This document shows, one piece after another, positions 23,748 to 37,075 of a DNA stretch of 64,000 nucleotides. The stretch covers positions 4,650,001-4,714,000 of the forward strand of contig OX597842.1 in the NCBI GenBank assembly GCA_951406725.2. The letters run 5' to 3'. Source of the DNA: Octopus vulgaris (taxonomy: Eukaryota). The position numbers and the translations under genes were made by a program. Every line of letters begins with the position of its first letter. Within the stretch, counting starts at the first letter, position 1. The notes under the pieces were generated by a model, which was not told the DNA's origin, did no database searches, and worked only from the letters and a program-made list of their open reading frames with translations.

Positions 23748-24740
23748 CTGAGGAAAGAAAGAAAGAAGAAATCAATCAAACATTTTGAATAATGAACAGT
23801 TTTTCTAAAGAAAATTAAACTCACATAACGAGCTGAAATTTGATCAACAAACCATGAGAAGACGACCAGGGTTCATTTCCTTAACAATTTTCTGAACTAC
23901 AAACTACACATAGACTATGCTTACATAAGAAAGGAATGACGATTACAGGAGAAGTTGTTGATAATTCTTATCAACAAAATCAAAGCTGATAAATACACAC
24001 AAGTGTTACAAAACCAATAAACATCAGCTTGGATGACACTTTGCTCAACCGACAGAGGAAGGTGACCAATGAAACTGATTAGATAAACAGAATTCTGATT
24101 TGTCAAAAGTGTCTTCTTGTCTCAAGCTCTGATTTTCTACCTACTCTTGTCGGAACCTTTGATATGGAGTATCGAAATTTTAATCCTTTTCATACTTATA
24201 GAATGTCAAACAAACTTAAAAAATTACCGTTTTAGCCGGAAGACCAAACTGATAGTTTGGTAACCCGCTAAAATAAGTATGAAAAATCGAAAGGAGAAAA
24301 TAAACAGCTTTGCAAGTTTAACTCAGTGTTTATTGAACAAGAGAGGTGCGAAATTTAAGAAGCGACTTATTAGAATATACATGTGAGTGAGGAGACATAA
24401 ACAAGAATAGCAAAAATCTATTATACCAAAAGAATTGGTAAAACATACATTACAAGTGTTCTCACATAAGATTGCTGCTTAATTAAACATGAATGTGAAG
24501 TGATATTAAACATCGTATAAGGTAAATGAAGGTTTCTGTAGGAATGCTATGTCATATTCACTTAGTGAGTTTACATGCGCAAGGATGAATTATGATGTTG
24601 TCGTCATCGACGTTAGATGTAGTAAGAGCTGATAATGGTGATACCAGCAGTGAGGAATTCATTGCATTGTAATGTGGAGAAAGCAAGTAAATAGCTTCCT
24701 GGTGCAGACTCATGCTAGACTCCCTAAGGGGAGAAAAACA

Positions 24741-25533
24741 GGATCTTATCGCTTTGACTGGCAGATTTTTAAAATAATTTCTTTGTAACTAAACACTTTT
24801 AAACTTCGTATACTGGTAGAATGTGTTACATAAAACATCTTTTTCTCTTGGCTTTCTTGAGAAAAGTCTGTAGTTTGTAAGCTATTTGTTGTTTAATTTC
24901 TTGCATTTCAGCAATTTCAACCAATCAATGACATCTATTGAGGTGAAAAGGATTTCTGCCGTAATGTATCAACAACATTTTCTGGCGGTGTCATATGAAA
25001 ATGTCCCTGTTATTTATGACATATTCCATATCAGTTTCGTTTGTATGAATAAAAGATTATCGTTATTAAACTTTTATTAATAAACACATATTCAAAGTTC
25101 ACACCATATGCAGTTTTAATTAACCCTAACCCTAAAACAGATTAAAATGCAATAGATCGATACTAGGGTCATAATTATGGGTGGACACTAAAGAGGGAAC
25201 GGTTTTGTTGTTTACGAGTGACCCCTCAGTTTATGGCAACAGGGTATCTTTTTTCTCATAAATAACAGGGACATTTTCATATGACACCGCAAATAATTGT
25301 TGTTGACAAAGATCCGGAGAAATTGTATTCACCTCAATAGATGTCGTTGATTGGTTGAAATTACTGAAATGCAAGAAATTAAACAACAAATAGCTTACAA
25401 ACTACAGAATTTTCTCAAGAAAGCCAAGAGAAAAAGATGTTTTATGTAACACATTCTACCAGTATACAAGTTTAAAAGTGTTTAGTTACAAAGAAATTAT
25501 TTTAAAAATCTGCCAGTCAAAGCGAAAAGATCC
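24741..25533. mobile_element. MITE / foldback with ~280-bp inverted arms
   Basis: ggatcttatcgctttgactggcagatttttaaaataat mirrored at 25495-25533; flanks gaaaaaca / gaaaaact resemble an 8-bp TSD. Confidence 0.9.
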
Positions 25534-26044
25534 GAAAAACTGATCTATTTAAGGAAATTGCTGGGCTCCACTGCAATAAGTAGAAACTCCAAGCAATGTA
25601 AAATATAGTCCAGACCATGATTACCAGCATGAACGTCTCAAACTTCAAAAAGTAGTTAACCATTTAATGGTTTTAGTAAATTTATACAGAAAAAAAAAGC
25701 ATTATACCATCCAGCATAGATAAAAGTCAACTTCATTATATTTTTTCCGTAAAAACCTATTCTGAGTTAACTCCCCCTACTTCATTTTCCAACAAAAAAA
25801 TTTCAAAAAGAATTCTGGAAATGATCTACTTATGTAATTCATGCACCTTCTAAAGTTTATCTTCACTTTGGCGAAAAAAAGTGCGTAAATTACATAGGTT
25901 TTTATGGTGTGTGTATATATATATATATATATATATGACAAGAATATCAACATAAACTAACATAGAGTCACTTCCTCCCTTTCTCTCTCTCTCTCACACA
26001 CACACAACACACAGACAGAGGTAGAACTACACACAAACACTTAC

Positions 26045-26182
26045 CTGGAATATGCTTCCAACAATTTCCGCAGTCTGGAGAATGTTGCCCGAGATTTTGG
26101 TAGCGAGATGAGAAATGGACATCCAATGGGATTACACTTGCAGGATTCCTTGTGGATCTCCCAGTGGGCCCTCTGGCACTCC
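26045..26182 (-). CDS. USP19: USP19 exon (MYND zinc finger, second part)
   Basis: ECQRAHWEIHKESCKCNPIGCPFLISLPKSRATFSRLRKLLEAYSR; ttgacag / gtaag. Confidence 0.94.
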
Positions 26183-26640
26183 CTGTCAATGATAAATAGA
26201 AAAATACAATATATTTTAAAACTATATAAATATTTGTGTTTTTTTGTTTGTTTAGTGATTAGACAATGGCCATGCTGGGGCAATATCTTGAAGAATTTTA
26301 AATCAAATTTAGCAATACCATCATCATCATCATTTAATATCCATTGTCCATGCTGGCATGGGTTGGATGATTTGACCGGGGCTGGTAAGCTGGAAGGCTG
26401 CACAAGACTCCAGACATGGTTTTCTACAGCTGGATGCCCTTCCCGAGAGGACTTATTTTTGTTAAGCCTCGTACTTATTCTATTGGTCTCTCTTGCCAAA
26501 CAGCTAAGTTACAAGGGCAAACAAAGATACTAAGACATACACACAAAGATAGATATATATATATTGATAAAAACAGTAAGATAACAAAAGAAAGAAAGAG
26601 ACCTCGATATTATGGCTACCGAATAATTGTCACATATTAC

Positions 26641-26676
<36 letters not shown>

Positions 26677-27444
26677 TAGATGTATCCACCATGACCTGTT
26701 GGGTCACAACCACTCCAAGCTGGTGGAGAACGAAAAAATATATATATATATATATATATATTGCGTTAGGAAGGGCATCCAGCCGTAGAAACACTGCCAG
26801 ATCTGACTGGGCCTGACGAAGCCTTCCAGCTTCACAGACCTCAGTTGACCCGTCCAACCCATGCTAGCGTGGAAAGCGGACGCTAATATGATGATGATGA
26901 TGATGATATATATATACACACACACAGTGGGCTTCTTTCAGTTTCTATCAAATCCACTCACAAGGCTTTGGTCGGTCTGAAGCTATAGTAGAAGACACTT
27001 GCCCAAGGTGCCATACAGTGGGACTGAGCTCAGAACCATGTGGTTGGGAAGCAAGCTTCTTACCACACAGCCATACCTATGCTTAAAGTTTGACAATGCA
27101 GCTGAAGAGCAAAGAGAGGAAAGAGTTTCAAAGAGATCCTCCTCCAGGCTTTTCCATCACTAAAATTAAGATAAGTTTGAAGCAGACGGAACAGAAAGTT
27201 CACAAGAAATGTTCTGGAAGACAGTGGACAACAACAAGCTTTACAAAGTGAAAAAAGGTACAAGAAACATATTTGCCAGAGTTCAAGGAAAGCTGTGCAA
27301 CAAACGAGTGGGGGATTGGAATTTTGAAATTGAGCATCCATCAGATTTGGATGTGCATATGTCATATTCCAAGAATAATCCACGTTTTCAATGAAGACAG
27401 TCCAAACCGCAGAGTGCAGTTTTGTGAGGGGCACTTGATAAGAT

Positions 27445-27800
27445 GATGGTAGCGGAGGTGGAGACAGTGATTGTGGTGGTAGCAGTGATTATGGCAGTGA
27501 TGGTGGTGGTAGAAGTGATGACAGTGATGGTAGTGACAATAGTGGAGGTGGTAGAAGTGATGATGGTGATGGAGGTGACAGCAGAGAGTGGAGGAGATGA
27601 GGGTGGTAGTGGGGTTGATGATGGTGGTGGAGATGACAAAGGTTAGCGTTGGAGCTGCTAATGATGGTGATAATGGAGGTGATAATGATGTTAGTGGTGG
27701 AGGTGATGGTGATGGTGGTGGTGACAAGGATAGTGGAGATGATGATGATAGTGGTGGTGGTGGTGAAAGTGATAATGCTAGAGCTGATGGTGTTGATGTT
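27445..27800. repeat. Degenerate (GGT/GAT)n low-complexity tract
   Basis: Trinucleotide-periodic sequence; explains the overlapping spurious ORFs. Confidence 0.85.
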
Positions 27801-27875
27801 TTAAGCATCACCCACAATGCTCCCCAGACCAACAACAGAACAGTGGGGCCCAGAGAGAGAGAGATTTATACTCAC

Positions 27876-27991
27876 TGATTGCAGTATCCAACCTTGTAGC
27901 AACGGGTGCATCTTTTAAGAGGACGACCTTCTGGAGACTTCTTCTTGCAAGACGAGCACATGGTTGATGAGAACATTGGCATACGTATCCT
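27876..27991 (-). CDS. USP19: USP19 exon (MYND zinc finger, first part)
   Basis: CSSCKKKSPEGRPLKRCTRCYKVGYCNQ; gtatcag / gtgag. Confidence 0.93.
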
Positions 27992-28077
27992 CTGATACAA
28001 GCAAGATATGGAGAGAAATACATTAGACAGGTGAAAGAAAACAATATATATATCTATATAGATTAGATGTATGTGAG

Positions 28078-28124
<47 letters not shown>

Positions 28125-28356
28125 GTGTATGTATGTATGTATGTATGTATGTATGAGAGGCTTAGTATCCAGAAGACCTAGAATGGCAGGTAAGGCTATG
28201 TAAGTGCTACGGAAGGACCATAGTTAGACTCCCAGTTTGATAATAGTACGAGTGAGGAGTCTAATGTGGGTTGTGTGTGAGCATTTATATGTTAAATAGA
28301 ATGAGACAAAGCCAAGGCAGTGTGAAATTTGTAGGACATTTATAAAGAGAAAGGTA

Positions 28357-28404
28357 GTCTTACAGCTGTTTCAGGGATATGAAGGATATCCCATCATCAG
28401 AGAC
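28357..28404 (-). ncRNA. Minimal type I hammerhead ribozyme motif
   Basis: GTCT-CTGATGA-T-GGGATAT-ccttc-ATATCCC-T-GAAA-CAGCTG-TA-AGAC: stem I GTCT/AGAC, stem II, palindromic stem III, intact core. Confidence 0.8.
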
Positions 28405-28931
28405 AATATGAGAGTTAAATATTCCTTCCCTACATTATCTCTTCCTTCTACCCCCACTATTCCTTTTATCTACTGATAGCTTTCCTCTTCCTCACAATAT
28501 CTTGACCACCCTATAGCATGCCTTTTTTATTTTCTCTTCCTCTTTCTTTCTGCTTTCCTCCTCTATTCCTTTTGACCAGAACCATTTTCCTCCTATAACA
28601 TACATGTCTATTCTCTTCTCCCTATCTACTCATTCCTACAAGTACTTTCTCAAAGTTTCATTCACACAACAAGACCCCTTTGAATGAACAGCACATGGAA
28701 TTAATGTCTCCACACCATCCATTTGTAATAACAAAATATGAACTCCTATCGGAATTTACATACCATGGACAAGACTCTCTACCCAGTCTAAACAGCCCTT
28801 TCCTTGTATAGTGGAACTACAACTGTAACATCCTACATATATTTTTATTTTCAGATTTCGTTTTATACTTCCTATATCTCTCCCTTTCCAAAATAACTTC
28901 TTATACTGAACTAATATTTACTTCTATTTAA

Positions 28932-28979
28932 CTCTCTGATGAGGAGATATCCTTCATATCTCTGAAACAGCTGTAAGAT
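28932..28979 (+). ncRNA. Minimal type I hammerhead ribozyme motif
   Basis: TCT-CTGATGA-GGAGATAT-ccttc-ATATCTCT-GAAA-CAGCTG-TA-AGA. Confidence 0.8.
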
Positions 28980-29499
28980 TACCTTTTTCTTTATAAATGT
29001 CCCAGAAATTTCACACTGGCTTTGTTGTCTCATTTTTATTTAACACACTCATATGTGTGTGTGTGTGTGTGTGTGTGCGTGTGCGCATGTGTATGTATAT
29101 TTTTCTATTCCTGAGCGTTTATACTAATACATCGGTTTGTTTTATACACCACCTGTCTTTTTCGTCTTTTGTTTTTTTCGTAAACTCTCCCTATATAACA
29201 CATATATATATGTAACATATGGTATAATTATGAATTATAAACAGGGCAAATTATAACCATTTCTCTGCAGACTGAACAAAATGACGAACAACCTTAATTG
29301 AATTTTAAACCTTAATGGGTTCTCATCAGAGGCATCCACATCATTCTGACAGTCTCCGGAGAAACAAGCAGCAAAACTGTTCATATATTCAACAAATGCA
29401 GCAGTTCCTCTTTGAAGGAGTCAATAATTTGCATACCAAAAGTGTTTAACACACTAGAAATACCAGTGGCCTGTCAATGGGGATCTTAGTCCACACAGT

Positions 29500-29535
<36 letters not shown>

Positions 29536-30304
29536 GGTATGTTGATACAAACAGGAATAATAGAACTCAAAATATGAGTATATGTATATTTTTATTAAAT
29601 ATATATACATACTCCCAGGACCAAGGTAAGTGGCATATTGCTGTACTCAAGAAGACCCACCCATCACAACAGAATTGAGAACCAAGGTGACATGTAAAAA
29701 TCAGGGCAAGGATATCTTGATTAGATTAAAAGTTACATTTTACATTCTCACATGTATCAAAGAAGATTCAATCAGAATGTGTGGAGGGCACAGTATGAGG
29801 GGGGGCATATAAATGTAGGGAGAAATAAGTATTAGAAGAAGGGAAGAAATAAGCAAAAAAAATTATAAGGAAAAAAATATGAGGAAAGAGGAATTGGATG
29901 AGATCAGTTCACTAGTAGTAGATAATATAGTAGTTTTGGCTGAGTCACAGAATTTAGTTGTGGGATTTGTACTTGAAGAAAAGTCTGTCACAGAACAAGG
30001 ACCTAGAGCCATAGTGTGTGTGGATTTCAGCCCAGCAACCCGTATCCACCTCTAAATTTCACCAAAGTCAAAAGGTGATGGGATAGGGAGCAGGCTGTAC
30101 TGCTGTAGTGCAGATCTTTTACCTCTCATCATTTACTTGTTTCAGTCATTAGAATGTGGCCATGCCGGGGCAACATCTTGAAGGCCTTAGCTGAATAAAT
30201 CAACCCCAGTACTTTTTTTTAAAAAGTGTGGTATTCTGTCGATCTCTTTTATTAAACCACTCAGTTACAGGGACAACACCAGTTGTTAAGAAGTGAGGAG
30301 GGAC

Positions 30305-30338
<34 letters not shown>

Positions 30339-31152
30339 CAACAGTCATCTTTCAGTTACCATCTACGAAATCCACTCACAAGACTTTGGTGAGCTTAAGA
30401 CTACATTAGAAGACACCTGCCCAAGGTGCCACACAGTGAGGCTGAACCCATGTGGTTGGGAATCAAACTTCTTACCACACGGTCACACCTGCAGCTATAT
30501 CTGTATATATACATTATTACTATACACCATCACACTCATATACAGTACAGTGTTCCACAATAACCACTGCAATAATCAACACAGTTTCACCACCATCATT
30601 AATAAAAGTGAAATAACATCCCCAAACACCAACTGTGTAAATGTATTGTAGCCACCTAAAATTTGGTTTTGTGGTTTGAAACTTCTCTGAATAGTGTTTG
30701 CAGAAAAGCATCCAGGAGTTATGACCTGGATGTAGCCTGGCCTGCTTAGAGTGTAAGAAGTTCAGGACCAAAACACTTGCCTGAGATGGTGTTTCTTCTC
30801 TGAAGACCATCTGTTGTTCAACTCTCTTGGAAGTTTCTTATCACTGTGTATCACAAGTCATACACAGGACAAAGAAAAAACTACACGAATAAGTTTCATG
30901 TTAACATGAGGAATTTTGATGAGACCAAGTTATGTGAGTTTGTAGATTTGCTCCTGTTCATTGAAATACACGTCTCTCTTCATATCATTATTCCCAAAGC
31001 TAGCTAACCACTCACAAAGCACAACAGAGAAACAGAGAAGAAAGGAGAGGGGAGTAGTTAGGTACAATGGCAAATGAAAACTGGTGGGGTAGGACAAAGG
31101 GACACCATGTGTTGGCAGGTTGAGGGGTGTGGGTGAGAGTGAAGACATTTAC

Positions 31153-31213
31153 CTGGATGATGTATATTTCATAAACTGGTTCACCTGCCATCTCTTGTGA
31201 CAGAACTTCTGAT
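31153..31213 (-). CDS. USP19: USP19 exon
   Basis: SEVLSQEMAGEPVYEIYIIQ; cttccag / gtaaat; restores phase between neighbours. Confidence 0.87.
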
Positions 31214-31401
31214 CTGGAAGAGAGAATTAGTAAAAAATTGACATGAGAGGGAGAGACAGTTAGAGAGGTACAGAAAGAGAGAGAGACTTAGAAGATAATG
31301 AACTAATTAGTGCAAAGAGGGAAGACAGGAAATAATTAGTGCAGAGAAAGAGGAAATGAGAAGGACAATGTAAGTCAGAACATGACAGATATAACAAGAT
31401 A

Positions 31402-31612
31402 TACAAGGGGTGCCCAAAAGTTCCTGGTTTCAAGGGTATCATGAAAGGCCTGGTTGGATGTCCAACCTTCTAAGTTCTTTTACAGGGTTTAGAAAAACTG
31501 AAGGGCCACTGCAATCTGAGAGGGGAATATGTTGAATAAAATCATAATTAAATGATCCTCTTGTATTTTCTTTTATCCAAAGCCAGGAAATCTGCAATCC
31601 ACCCCCCTTGTA
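31402..31612. mobile_element. Mariner-type MITE
   Basis: tacaaggggtg...aaaagttcctgg start and ccaggaa...ccccttgta end; related copy at 50175-50394. Confidence 0.75.
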
Positions 31613-32024
31613 CATATGCACATTCACACATACATGAATATCCTGATTATTGTGTGTAATGTGTAGCATATGAAGACAACATTACTCAGATCCATTGTTG
31701 GAGTTTGCCTTTCACTCTTAGAGAGAAAACTTTTGCCTTTGCTGTACAAATACAATGTCACTGGCCATCCAGGGTTATTTTTCTTAGTTCATCTTCATTT
31801 CATACAGATATACATACTGGTACCACATGTAAAGCAATGGTACTTTGCCATATATAAATCATTGTTGATGGTGCCATATAAGAAGCACCCATGCTGGGGT
31901 CACATATAAAGCACCTATGCTGGCTCCATATAAAAAGTATCCATACTGGTGCAATGTATAAAACACATGTGCTGGTGCCATATGAAAAGGACCTGCACCC
32001 ATGTTGGTGCCACATAAAAGCATG

Positions 32025-32640
32025 ACTTGCAGATGACGAAAATTTTGGAAAGAAAGTCATCTTCAGTGACGAGGCCCACGTCCACTTGAGTGGATTTCTC
32101 AATAAACAGAACTGCCGGATTTGGAGAAATGAAAATCCTTAAATAATGCAAGAGTGTGAAATGCATCCACCGAAAGCGACTGTGTGGTTTTTGGGCCGGT
32201 GGAGTGCTTGGACCATTCTTCTTTGAAAATGATGAGGGGAATACAGTTACTATTAATAGAGAATATCCACTCAGTTATGCCTGAACTTGGAAGATACAGA
32301 GATTGACAACCTCTGGTTTCAGCAGGATGGAGTGCCCAAAGCTTACATTAATCCACAAAAAAATTTCCACAATGATTGATACCCTTGCATGGTGACCAGC
32401 AATGGCCACTAAGGTCCTGCAGTCTTACCTCTTGTGATTTCTTTTTATGGGTGTATGTGAAATCATAAGTATATGTCAAGAAACCACAAACAATTCTTGA
32501 ACTCAAGGCTGAAATCAAGTGTGTGATTGGAGGCATTGGGCCACACATCTGTGGAACAGTTATCGGAAATTTCAAAGAGCGCATAAATGTATATAGACTC
32601 AGTGCAGTTGGACATATGTCCGACATTGTGTTCTATACCT
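32025..32640 (+). mobile_element. Decayed Tc1-like transposase fragment
   Basis: FSDEAHVHLSGFLNKQNCRIW and WPLRSCSLTSCDFFLWVYVKS-like segments. Confidence 0.75.
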
Positions 32641-33004
32641 AAACAGGAGACATAACTCATTAGAAATATGCAGAACACAACCATGTTTATAAGAATTTGT
32701 GTGTGTGTGTGTGTGTGTGTTTGTAAAGATTTATATTCTGTATATTCTTATAAATTGCTTGAGCAAAACATTGTCAGTGTAACCTTGTTGACATTCCCTA
32801 CTAAAAAAAACCCTTTCTCTAGCTCAGCATTTTTGAAGACAAAGTGAAATACAAAATCCCTTCAAAAAAAAAAAAAAGGTATTTGCATCAGGAAGAGCAT
32901 CCTGCAGTAAAAACAATGCTTCGATAATAAGTATTCAGCCAACACATGCTGGCATGAGCAAATGAAAGTAAGACAAATGAAAGGACAACTTGATATCTAC
33001 TCAC

Positions 33005-33099
33005 GCTATAAGCCTCTCCGTGCTGTAGTCACTGCTCAGTAAAGTGCCACGTCCATAGATTTTGTGTATCTTGCTTCTTTTGGATTCAAACACACGAAT
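33005..33099 (-). CDS. USP19: USP19 exon (UBL-like insert)
   Basis: IRVFESKRSKIHKIYGRGTLLSSDYSTERLIA; ttttcag / gtgag. Confidence 0.85.
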
Positions 33100-34092
33100 C
33101 TGAAAAAAATGCATCTCAAAATATTAATTCAATATAAAGAGACATATATATATATAAGCCTGGTCCTTATTCCATCAGTCTCTTTTGCCAAACTGCTAAA
33201 TTTCGGGGACATAAACACACCAACATCAGTTGTCAAGTGATGGCAGGGAGACAAACACAAACTGACACACATAAACATATAAATATATAATATCTACAAC
33301 GGGCTTCTTTCAGTTTTAAACATATACAAATATACATGTGACAGGCTTCTTTCAGTTTCCGTTTACCAAATCCACACACAATGCTTTGTTTAGCCCAAGA
33401 CTATAGTAGAAGACACTTGCCCAAGGTGCCACAGAGTAAGACTGAACCCAGAACCATGTGGTTGGGAAGCAAGCTTCTTACCACACAGCCACACCTAAAA
33501 TTATTGTTTAAGCACCCCAGAACTTTTATTTGAGTCAAAAACAGTTCATTTGGTAGATAGATAAGCAGTTTTCTTTATTACAATACAGATGTGACTAATT
33601 CGGAGAAACATTACTTTCATTATTCACACATCATCACACTTGTAACGCAACACTTTGTAATTTTGGTTCAAATTGAAAGTGTGAAACTATTTTCATTTTC
33701 TAATGAAACCTCATTGTTGTAGAGAAGTGTATTTGAAATATGTACAGCTGGTTGTTGAGATAAGTTAGAAAATATGAAAATGAAAATAAGCAAAATAATA
33801 ATAAAAAGGAGAAGAAGAAACAGAAGACAATGACTTTTTTTTATATTCTATAAGCACAAAACCTGAAATTTTGGGGGAGGGGGCTAGTTGATTATGTTAA
33901 CCCCAGTGCTCAATTGATGCTTATTTCATTGACCCAGAAAGGATGAAATGGAAAATCAACCTTGGCAGAATTTGAACACAGAATGTAGAGAAGTGCAAAA
34001 TGCCGCTGAGCATTCTGTCCAACACACTTTTCTGTCAGCTCTCCACCTTCATCATCATAATAACAATAATAATAACAATATCAATGGCTTAC

Positions 34093-34176
34093 ATTTCGAG
34101 CTTTGACACTAGTTTTCTTTGACAGCTTGTCTTTGAGTAGTTCAACTGTGGCATCTTTCGTCATTCGCAGCTTATA
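34093..34176 (-). CDS. USP19: USP19 exon (UBL-like insert)
   Basis: YKLRMTKDATVELLKDKLSKKTSVKARN; ccttcag / gtaag; phase 0-0. Confidence 0.88.
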
Positions 34177-34625
34177 CTGAAGGAAATATAGAGACAGCAG
34201 GTAAGAAAAATGAACACACAGAGATTTTAAAAAATTTACCATCCATCCCCTAATTATTCAATCATCATTTATGTGAATGTCAGATTATCTGAATAAGAGA
34301 TGCCAAGGTCCCATGAAAATTTAATTAGCCAGCATGGCTGTGTAGATAACAAGTTCCTGACCACATGGCTTTAGGTTCAGTTTGTGCTAAGGAATTATAA
34401 ACAAGGCCACCTTGGCGGATGAGAATACATGTGGGAACTCTGTGTCCCAGAATGCCTTGTGTCAATAAATCAAGCGTATTATGAATACATAGTTTATCGT
34501 AAAGGAGAAACAGTTCTCCTGTGACGAACACAACAGCGATTAGCATATCTGCATTTAAATCTGCTGGAATGTATGAAAAATAAATATACAAGTCAACATC
34601 TATATTATCATAGTATATATGTGTA

Positions 34626-34669
<44 letters not shown>

Positions 34670-36689
34670 CAAATTGAGATAGGGGTTGTGAGTGCAACCC
34701 ACCATGGGATAACATATATCCAATATACTGCCAATAAAGCACCCAACAAAGTTAATACATAAATGTTAAGAATTGCGATGCAATTAATTAATTTATTGTA
34801 TTATATGGGCGAAGGTAAAATGTTTTACCACAAATTCATAATACAAAATAAGAAAATGGAGAAACACACCTTAATCAACGATCAACTACCAGATAATACC
34901 CATTCACATAAATTTATTAACCAACTACATATGAACATCAAGGTTAAACATAATAGTACAGAACAAAACAGTGCACATCAATGAGTAATATAGTTTATAT
35001 TTATATTTATTTTGTATTGATATATATATAAATAAAATATATATATATATAGGGAGAATTCAGGAAAAAAACAAAAGATGAAGACAGGTTGTGTAGAAAA
35101 CAAACAGATGTATTAGTATAATACTCGGGAATTGAAAAAGTCTTTAACATTTCGAGCCTACGCTCTTCCACAGAAAGGAACACAGAAAGAAACAAGGAGA
35201 GAAAAAAATGTGTGCAGTGGTTACTGATCTATCAAGGCAAATGCTGGCCAGAAGGGTCCGGCATTTTCATTCTTGTTATTTATATATATATAAATAACAA
35301 GAATGAGAATGGAGAAAATCGTATCTTTGATTGGTGATTACACCATACAATACCAATGAACATTTCTGTTTTGCCAGCATATTTAGATACAGAAGGAGGT
35401 ATACCAGTCAAATTAACATATCCAAAAGTATATGTTAACACAATGTTATCAAGACAATTCAAAATTCATTAAATTCAAAGTGAACTACAAAAATATCATC
35501 ATGATTTATAATATATATATATATATATCCCACTTCTGTCAGATAATTTTAACGGCGGTGCATCAGCATGGCCGCAGCTCTGAGCTGAAACAAGCAAAAA
35601 AAATATATATATTTTTATTATATAGAGGGCATTATTACGCATAAATGCCACATGCTAGGAGGGACTCTTAAAGTCAAAACTACTAGTGTGTGGCATTTAT
35701 ATATAATAATACCCTCTATATAATAAAAATAAATATTTTTAAGGAAAAAAATTGATGGATTTTTTTCTCTTATGAGGTTTTTTCACGCTAACTACTTGAT
35801 AAATTCTTATAAAGATTTTATCCTATTTTAAAATTATATATATATATACACACAGAGTCATTTAATTTCTTATATCTTTTGTCTATGTTACGTTTATGCT
35901 GCTATCAGAGTACATATAATAGTTCATAATGATGCTATAATCCATCAAGAGCTTCTTCAGAACATTTTGATCGCTATCTAGATTTCTTCAAAATGGAAAA
36001 TGATTCCAACCTGAAAAATTTGTTTTACGCCGACGACAGGTCAATACCTAGAAACTGCAGTCCGTGCGTATCACTTAGGTTGACGAGGGAAGGATGACCT
36101 CCCTTTGCAAATACCATAAGTGCACAGAAAATGTGCCTAAGGCCAGCTGGAGACGATGTTCTCCTGGGGCTACAAGCCACAGTAACACCCACCCTTAGTT
36201 TTTTTTTTTACGTGCCACCGACACGGGGTCCAGACAGAGCTGGCAAACGGCGGTTAGCCATATTGAGATGGCTGAGTATACCTCACATTGTCCTGCAGTT
36301 ACTCTTTATACCTCGTTCAGAGATTTACTATTGCTTGGTTTTGTTTTATTTTTTGTTTATTCAACCAACGTAATTCAGGCAAAAAATGTAAGAAATTAAA
36401 TGACTGCATAAACAATATAAACAATTAGATATTCTCTATTCTCTGTTTTCTTTAAAATGATTCATTATTATTATACACACACACACACACAGAGGCACAT
36501 ATATATAGACACTGATACTCACACACACCTTAGGCAATCCCCTGCCATTCTATTTATATTCACAACCCTGTACCTTAAGATGACGGTGCTGTACCATGGT
36601 ATATCACCACCATCTCCCTTGTTCTCTCACGCTATATGGTTCCCTCTGACTAGAGTAACCATGTGTCACCTCTGCAGAATATAGTCTTA

Positions 36690-37075
36690 ATTGAGAAGAA
36701 AACAAACTCTGCTGGATCATAGGTATAACATACCCAGCTGACAGCAAGGTATGTGATAAGGAAGAAAGAAAAGTTGAGAGATATGACAGGTTAGCTTGGG
36801 AAGTTAAGCAGTTGTGGTCGAGGAAAAAGGTAGCAGTAGTACCAATAATTGTCGGAGCCCTGGCAACAGCAAGCAAAAATCTCGAGAAGTACATAAAACA
36901 AATAGGGGCTGCAATAAGGGTGGAGCACTTGCAAAAAAACAGCACTGTTAGGAACTGCTCGAATACTCCGGAAGGTGCTCGAAAAATAAGGGGTGTTACC
37001 TTAGTTCACTGGTAGTGAACAGCTGGCACTGTAGTACATCTCCAATGTTAGGAGCTGTGCAAAGGCAATAATAAT
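36690..37075 (+). mobile_element. 3' end of restriction-like-endonuclease (R4/NeSL-type) non-LTR retrotransposon
   Basis: KEERKVERYDRLAWEVKQLW...VVPIIVGAL...HLQK(TALLGTARILRKVL after a frameshift); short (taa)n tail. Confidence 0.75.

Larger units (their letters stand above)
28290..29045. mobile_element. Penelope-like element remnant with inverted terminal repeats carrying hammerhead motifs
   Basis: 28290-28404 is the reverse complement of 28932-29045; both arms contain CTGATGA...GAAACAGCTGTAAGA. Confidence 0.7.

Noticed and set aside
22833-23792. Plus-strand ORFs overlapping the large exon
   Set aside because: Antisense shadows of a GC-rich low-complexity exon; no independent motifs.
25122-25136. 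Telomere-like taaccctaaccctaa
   Set aside because: Only 2.5 units inside a MITE spacer; not an interstitial telomere array.
27362-27878. Pro/His/Gly-rich ORFs
   Set aside because: Degenerate trinucleotide tract in an intron; the flanking exons join in phase without it.
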